Below, piece by piece: positions 58,778 through 64,000 of a stretch of DNA of 64,000 bases. The position numbers and the translations under genes were made by a program. Position 1 is the stretch's first letter. Each line of letters starts with the position of its first letter. The notes beneath the pieces were generated by a model. It saw only the letters and a list, made by a program, of their open reading frames with translations. It was not told the DNA's origin and ran no database searches. Origin of the DNA: an uncultured Verrucomicrobiae bacterium (GTDB taxonomy: Bacteria; Verrucomicrobiota; Verrucomicrobiia; Chthoniobacterales; UBA10450); the NCBI GenBank assembly GCA_963772365.1, contig CAVYXA010000003.1, positions 64,001 to 128,000 on the forward strand, written 5' to 3'.

Positions 58778-60855
58778 TCTTCGAGATGCACCGAGTCCAT
58801 GATGTGATCGATTTCCTCTTTCAACGCGGGCTCGGTGTTCAGATTCGACGTGAACGTGATCTCCAAGAGCTGACCTTTGTAGGAAGTCGTTAGGACACGC
58901 GTGTAAACCGGGCTATTCCGGTAATCCTTCTTTCGCTTTAATATCGGGACGTAACGCCAGTCGGCCCACTTGCGGCCGTCGATCGTGACGATTTCCTTCT
59001 TCAGCCATTGCAGGTGCGCATCTTTCGGCAGCCAGTTGAAACCTTTGGAATATTCGGCGACGCGCATTTTCAAATAACCGTCGAGCTTGTCCGGGGTGAG
59101 CCCGTGCGTTCCGCGCAAGACTTCGCCCCAAGCTGCGCCTTCACCTTTATGCACAAATTTCGCGACGGTTTTTGGTTCTTTGGGATCTTCCGGCTCGCGG
59201 ACAAAATCCGGCGGGATGTCGATCTTGAGTTTGCCACCGAGCAGACGCACCGCGCCTTCGGATTTTCCCGGCACAGGCGGGGGCGTTTTCTCGCTGACGT
59301 CCTGAATGTTCACCGCCATCAAATAGCTAAACGTGATTTTGACTTTGGCGTCGCGCGCGCCCAGATGCATCGGCCCGGAAAATTCGTCGAGCAAAACCTG
59401 CTCGTCTTTGGCGTTCTTGTATCGTCCGAAGCTGATGTGCGGATACGATTTGGATTTCGGTTTCTCTCGTGATTCTTCGAAAACGAATTCCTCTCGCTCC
59501 TTATCCGTTTCTTTACCCAGGAATTTCATGACCGTCGCGCCTTCGCTCGGGTCCTTCGAAACCGGTTCGCCATTCAAGCGCGCATCGATTAAGCCGACCC
59601 AATTGTTCAATCGCTTGGCTGTTTGCGCGTCCACCAGCCTGCCGGTTTCGCCCCAATCGTTCGACTTGCGCCACGTCTTTCCATCCTTGCGCGCGAACTC
59701 GCCGTCGCCGGCCTGAATTCTTTCCGGCCCACCGTTTGGATAACGATCGTACTTAAATTCCGCGGTGCCTCCTGGACCGAAATCGAGATTCGCGATCGCA
59801 ACGAAATGGACCTTCGAATAAAAATCGCGGCTGTATTTTAAATTGTCGGCAGCGAACTTCGCATCCGGCGTAGCCGATGGTGCGCTGTTCTGTTCCGACA
59901 AGGCCTCGGCGCCCGATGGCGGCTCGATCGTTTTGCCGTTCGCGGGCTGATAAGTCGCCACGCAATGCAGCGGTTCTTTCTCGTGGCCCGGTTCCGTCAC
60001 CGGACCTTCGTAACGGCGGACGCCATTGCGCTTGGAGTCCTGACTTCTCGCAATCCAATATTCCATCTGCTGAAGCTTGCCCTTTTTCTTATCAGAGACT
60101 CTGGGTCCAAGATGCATCCATGTTTCGCCATCGCGTCTCTCCTGCTCGACCACTTCGAGCGTGGGCAACGCGATCTCGGATCGAAGAGGGTTATGCACGA
60201 AGGCGTACACGCGTCGAAACGGTGTCTGCTCACCTCCGGACTCCAGCTTCCAGGTTTTGCTTCCGTCAAAGCTTGCCCATACTTGATCTTTGATTGCGAT
60301 TTGGCGGACGGCGTTTCGACCCTCCGGTTCGAGCGTGAGATCGAAGTCTTTTCCGGCCAGCAGCCCATGCACTCGCATTTTCGTTCCACGGCTGAGGGTT
60401 GCATCGACTTCCCAAGTTCCGCGTTCCATTAGGTTCAAATTCGACGCGAAAATTCTCGGAGCGTTCTCCGGGCTGAGGTTGATCGACAATTGCACTGGCC
60501 AACCGGCGCGCGGAGGAGCAAGCAAATGCAGATCACGCAACTTTTCCCCGACACATGCCGCGGCCGGCACATCGCTGGGCGTCAGCACCTGTTGCACGCG
60601 TCCATCGAGCGCAAAAACAAAAACAACTTCGAAGTTGATCTTGGGCCCAAGATTCCTGGTGCATCCGCTAACGATATCGCTCAGTCGGGGCGCGACGACT
60701 TTGGCAAACTCGCCGTCATACGCTTTTCCCGCGTCGGTGTCGGCGAGGCGTTTTGCTTCGGCCAGCGCTTCGTTAAAAGCTTTGTCGCCCTTGGCATCCG
60801 CCGAGGCTTGGAGGCCAAACAGCAATAAACCTGCAAACGCATGTGTCCACTTCAT
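58774..60855 (-). CDS. Large modular secreted hypothetical protein
   Basis: Signal peptide MKWTHAFAGLLLFGLQASA; Pro/Ser-rich linkers separate about four segments. Confidence 0.72.
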   Translation of the reverse strand: MKWTHAFAGLLLFGLQASADAKGDKAFNEALAEAKRLADTDAGKAYDGEFAKVVAPRLSDIVSGCTRNLGPKINFEVVFVFALDGRVQQVLTPSDVPAAACVGEKLRDLHLLAPPRAGWPVQLSINLSPENAPRIFASNLNLMERGTWEVDATLSRGTKMRVHGLLAGKDFDLTLEPEGRNAVRQIAIKDQVWASFDGSKTWKLESGGEQTPFRRVYAFVHNPLRSEIALPTLEVVEQERRDGETWMHLGPRVSDKKKGKLQQMEYWIARSQDSKRNGVRRYEGPVTEPGHEKEPLHCVATYQPANGKTIEPPSGAEALSEQNSAPSATPDAKFAADNLKYSRDFYSKVHFVAIANLDFGPGGTAEFKYDRYPNGGPERIQAGDGEFARKDGKTWRKSNDWGETGRLVDAQTAKRLNNWVGLIDARLNGEPVSKDPSEGATVMKFLGKETDKEREEFVFEESREKPKSKSYPHISFGRYKNAKDEQVLLDEFSGPMHLGARDAKVKITFSYLMAVNIQDVSEKTPPPVPGKSEGAVRLLGGKLKIDIPPDFVREPEDPKEPKTVAKFVHKGEGAAWGEVLRGTHGLTPDKLDGYLKMRVAEYSKGFNWLPKDAHLQWLKKEIVTIDGRKWADWRYVPILKRKKDYRNSPVYTRVLTTSYKGQLLEITFTSNLNTEPALKEEIDHIMDSVHLEE

Positions 60856-60933
60856 AGAATCTGACCTTCTGCATTGTTTTTGCGCTGACGACAAGACATC
60901 TTGGAAAATTATGAGCGGTCTCATAAATCACTC

Positions 60934-61068
60934 TGTCATGTCGAGCGAAGTCGCCTGGCACGCCGTAGCTTCATGCGAAGGCTGGGGAGACATCCCGCAA
61001 AATTACCGTGAGGTGCGCCACGGAATTCCTCGGTCCGAGCCGGACTGGCATTTTCGCTCGGAAGTACA
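60934..61068. repeat. REP-like element, copy 3 (composite/degenerate)
   Basis: TGTCATGTCGAGCGAAG...GAGACATCCC...TTCGCTCGGAAGTACA. Confidence 0.6.
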
Positions 61069-61097
61069 GTTTATGAGACGCTCTCTATTGAAACTTC

Positions 61098-61910
61098 ATG
61101 AACAAGAAAACTCTCATCCGTCTTGTTAGGCCAGCCGCATTCTTGATTTGCGCGGCGACGGCAGCGGCCGCCGACCTTCATCCGGTTGTCGAAGTACAGA
61201 CGGGTTACTTCTTCGGAGCGACTCGGGACGGCAAATGGATCAAGGCGGCACAGGCGGCGAAGTCTGTTCAGGATGGAACGGTTTACCGCGTGTACGACCT
61301 GACCAAGCAGGTGGGCGAAACAAAGGGCGGAATACCGAAAGCCGATGAAGACGTCTGCCCGGATAATTTCGCCGTTGAACTCAAACCAACACCTGAGCAC
61401 GGAGCCATCGCTTTGGCGGCGACGTGGAATCCGTTCCCGCGCAAGGTGCGAAGCGCGGATGTGACTCAGCAGGTTTACATCGATGTGGTTCGCGATTTTT
61501 TGATTCAACGCGGGATTCGCGATCCTAAAATGAGAATAACGAAGATCGTGCGGGTCGATCTCGACGGCGATGGTGAAGACGAAGTCTTGATCAGCGCGAC
61601 AAACTATTTCGCCAAAGACGACGAAGTCCTGTTGCAGGCGCCGCGCGCAGGGAGTTATTCGATGGTGCTGCTTCGACGCGTCGTCGCCGGCAAGGTGCGA
61701 ACAAAACTATTGGCCGGCGAATTCTATCCCAAACCGGATTCCCCGAGCACGCCGAACATGTACGAGATCAGTGCCGTGCTGGATCTGAACGGTGACGGGA
61801 AGTTCGAGATTGTGATCCACTCGATGTATTACGAAGGCGGAGAAACAACGATCTATCAATGCGAGCCGGAGAAGATAACGCCGTTGCTGAACGTGGCCTG
61901 CGGAGTTTGA
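61098..61910 (+). CDS. Secreted protein with DxDxDG calcium-binding-type motifs
   Basis: Signal peptide; DLDGDGEDE and DLNGDGKFE. Confidence 0.75.
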   Translation: MNKKTLIRLVRPAAFLICAATAAAADLHPVVEVQTGYFFGATRDGKWIKAAQAAKSVQDGTVYRVYDLTKQVGETKGGIPKADEDVCPDNFAVELKPTPEHGAIALAATWNPFPRKVRSADVTQQVYIDVVRDFLIQRGIRDPKMRITKIVRVDLDGDGEDEVLISATNYFAKDDEVLLQAPRAGSYSMVLLRRVVAGKVRTKLLAGEFYPKPDSPSTPNMYEISAVLDLNGDGKFEIVIHSMYYEGGETTIYQCEPEKITPLLNVACGV

Positions 61911-61917
61911 TTAAGTC

Positions 61918-62406
61918 ATGAATGAGCCTGCCAAACTAATTCATTTGGGCCCGGGCGAAGGTCCGGCCTTTTCCGCCGTGGGCGACGTTTATCGGGTACT
62001 TGCTTCCGGAGAACAGACCGGCGGAGTTTACGCGCTTTCCGAGATCCGGGTCTCACCGAACAACGGTCCGCCGCCCCATGTTCATTCTCGCGAGGATGAA
62101 TTCTTTTTTGTCTTGGAAGGGGAAGTCACGTTTCAGGTTGGTGACAAGACGATCGTGGCCACGCCAGGGACGTTTATTCAGGGGCCGCGCGGAATTCCCC
62201 ACACGTTCAAGAACAGTGGCAAGTCTCCGGCGCGGATTCTGGGCTACGTCGCGCCGCCGGTGTTTGAGAATTTTTTGAAAGAGGTCTCTCATCCAGTGCC
62301 ATCTTTCGATTCCCCGGCCATTCCAGTTACACCAGCAGATATCGACAAGTTAATGGCAGCAGCGCCAAAATACGGACTCAAGATTTCGCCACCGCCGTCG
62401 GCGTGA
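61918..62406 (+). CDS. Cupin domain protein (quercetinase-like)
   Basis: GPPPHVHSREDEFFFVLEG, PRGIPH. Confidence 0.88.
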   Translation: MNEPAKLIHLGPGEGPAFSAVGDVYRVLASGEQTGGVYALSEIRVSPNNGPPPHVHSREDEFFFVLEGEVTFQVGDKTIVATPGTFIQGPRGIPHTFKNSGKSPARILGYVAPPVFENFLKEVSHPVPSFDSPAIPVTPADIDKLMAAAPKYGLKISPPPSA

Positions 62407-62416
62407 ATCCGGCTGA

Positions 62417-62938
62417 TTAACGTTTCTTCGAAGAACGCTCGACCGGTTCCACCACAGTCGGATCTCGTTCCCAGCCTTCGTTTTCCAGCTTGATGTGTTC
62501 GATCGCGACAGCAGTCGCGTTCGCATTCAGGTCAGCTAGAACCTGGTATTCGGAAACCCAGCAGCGATAAATCTTGTAAGCGAGAACAACTTGCCCGGCC
62601 TCATTGGACAACTCGAGAACAACATCTTTGCGAAAATCTTTTAGCGAAACTTCCGCGCCCGGCCCGGCACCAAGTCTCCAGATCTTGTTGGCCCAGTTCT
62701 CGAATTCCGGGTCGTGAGTCACACCGCGCTCAAGTGTGATTGCCTCGTACTGCGTCCGACCGGGAGACTTGCGACTGGTGCTCGGATCGCCTCCTTCGCG
62801 ATGTTCGATCACTTCGATCGTCCGCCGCAGCCCGCTGATCTTGCTCACGCCGGCGACGTAATGGCCGTCCCATTTGACGCGAAACTTGAAATTTTTGTAC
62901 GGATCAAAGCGGGTTGGGTTGATTGGAAATTCCGCCAT
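62417..62938 (-). CDS. Contractile tail tube protein (T4 gp19-like, eCIS Afp1/5-type)
   Basis: DPYKNFKFRV, SGL, REGG, KSPG....ITLERG, W, RKD, CWVSEY, L.A....VAIE...L.NEG. Confidence 0.88.
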   Translation of the reverse strand: MAEFPINPTRFDPYKNFKFRVKWDGHYVAGVSKISGLRRTIEVIEHREGGDPSTSRKSPGRTQYEAITLERGVTHDPEFENWANKIWRLGAGPGAEVSLKDFRKDVVLELSNEAGQVVLAYKIYRCWVSEYQVLADLNANATAVAIEHIKLENEGWERDPTVVEPVERSSKKR

Positions 62939-63008
62939 TAGGATTCCTATACAATGTTTTACGAACGTTTGGAAGATTCGAATTTTTATCTGCTCGCGCG
63001 CATAGCGA

Positions 63009-63230
63009 TTAGTTACGAATTCCGTTTTTCAGCTCCCAGATCCGGAGCGCAGCCAACAGCAGCGCCTTGGTTCGTCCCAGTCGGCTAGTCTCAAACACCT
63101 CGCGAACATCCTCTTTGCGCGACGCGGATGTGATTTCATTCCTGCGGGTGCGGTCGAGCACGCGCTGATGCGCGTGCGCATTTTTCGTCCAGCGGGCGGC
63201 TGGCGCTTCTACCGGGAAATTGCCAGGCAT
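63009..63230 (-). CDS. Possible small hypothetical protein
   Basis: 73-aa ATG ORF co-oriented with neighbours; no recognised motif. Confidence 0.3.
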   Translation of the reverse strand: MPGNFPVEAPAARWTKNAHAHQRVLDRTRRNEITSASRKEDVREVFETSRLGRTKALLLAALRIWELKNGIRN

Positions 63231-63356
63231 AAGGTTGCGATCGGAACGAATCGCGAGATCAAGTCTGGCTCACCGTTGTTACAAACAGATGACCAGGGCG
63301 TGACATTTCGGCAAACTCTTGCCTCCGGGTAAATTCGCATCGCTCCGTCGAAACCG

Positions 63357-63896
63357 CTATGACTCCTGGCCGAAATCCCGCGCAATGACGAAGACAAAAT
63401 TCGTTGTAGTAGTGCCATCGCGACCCGGACGTTTGGCTTTTTTTAGAAATCTCGCTCCAATCTTTTGGAGCGCTTTTTGTGATCGAATATTGTTTTCGCC
63501 CACGACGAAATTCACGCGATCCACAAACTGGAAGGCGTGTTTGAGCATGAGCGATTTCAGCTCGGCATTGTAAGTGCCGCCCCAGAAAGCGCGCGTCAGG
63601 AACGTCCAGCCGATCTCAACTTCGTTTTTGTTGATGTCGAGGTTGCAGTAGCGCGAACTGCCGATAATTCTGCCGGACTTTCTCTCGACGATCGCGAATG
63701 CGCCTTTCGATTCGATCGCGCTGTCGAAATAATTCTGAAATACGTTTCGTTTGTAGCGATTGCTTTCGGGATGTTGTTCCCAAATGAGCGGATCGCTCGC
63801 CGCGGCAAAGAGGGCATCGAAGTCCGCCGGGGTAAGCGGGCGCAGCTCGATCAGTTTTCCGGTTAATGTAGGCTGAAGCTGGAATTTTCTTTTCAT
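63357..63896 (-). CDS. GNAT acetyltransferase (RimJ/RimL-like)
   Basis: IELRPL, IIGSSRY, VEIGWTFL, NIRSQKALQKIGA. Confidence 0.88.
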   Translation of the reverse strand: MKRKFQLQPTLTGKLIELRPLTPADFDALFAAASDPLIWEQHPESNRYKRNVFQNYFDSAIESKGAFAIVERKSGRIIGSSRYCNLDINKNEVEIGWTFLTRAFWGGTYNAELKSLMLKHAFQFVDRVNFVVGENNIRSQKALQKIGARFLKKAKRPGRDGTTTTNFVFVIARDFGQES

Positions 63897-64000
63897 GCTC
63901 GGTTCCGCCCGAACTGGCATTCTTTGTGCGACATCAGATAAACTTATCCATTGAACATTCTGTGCGAGGAGATCGTCGAAGTTTCGAGTGAATACATTGC

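Noticed and set aside
48378..62406. Integron cassette array
   Set aside because: No integrase, mixed orientations, overlapping genes and no repeated attC-like sites were seen.
62417..64000. Prophage
   Set aside because: Only one tail-tube gene; no capsid, terminase, integrase or other structural genes.
1..64000. CRISPR array, rRNA or tRNA genes
   Set aside because: No regularly spaced repeats or recognisable structural RNA genes; nearly all space is protein-coding.

Overview
Bacterial chromosomal window of roughly mid-50s % GC (estimated by eye). Gene content, PEP-CTERM proteins and repeat styles suggest a soil Verrucomicrobiota (Chthoniobacterales/Spartobacteria-like) genome; this is inference, as no rRNA is present. 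Layout: (1) 1-5.2 kb is a minus-strand porin-cytochrome operon: an 8-heme MtrA/DmsE-like lipoprotein, an MtrB/PioB-like barrel, two monoheme cytochromes c, and a NapC/NirT-type multiheme membrane cytochrome that the ORF track missed. It is preceded by two AraC regulators, a cNMP-binding protein and a Usp. (2) A YbdK/GCS2 ligase - M29 peptidase - ATP-grasp-like operon. (3) Core genes kbl, folB, ispG, typA and nusA-infB-rbfA-nrnA-truB-ribF, with a rimP-leader-like hairpin but no rimP. (4) An ArnT-like transferase and a MarR-RND efflux unit. (5) Two paralogous PEP-CTERM genes with a shared upstream element, bracketing TMTC-like and TMEM260/DUF2723-like transferases. (6) GH15, GNAT, a pcm remnant and two Gfo/Idh/MocA genes. 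(7) thrS, whose last 179 bp are duplicated around a hicAB pair, followed by a ~13.5 kb array of paralogous secreted proteins (two with LprI-like domains) and an orphan contractile-tail tube gene. Six genes carry frameshifts and one has an internal stop. Three of the frameshifts are the same one-base gain in AGTACC/GGTACT, so many are probably sequencing artefacts. No rRNA, tRNA, CRISPR, integrase or transposase was recognised.
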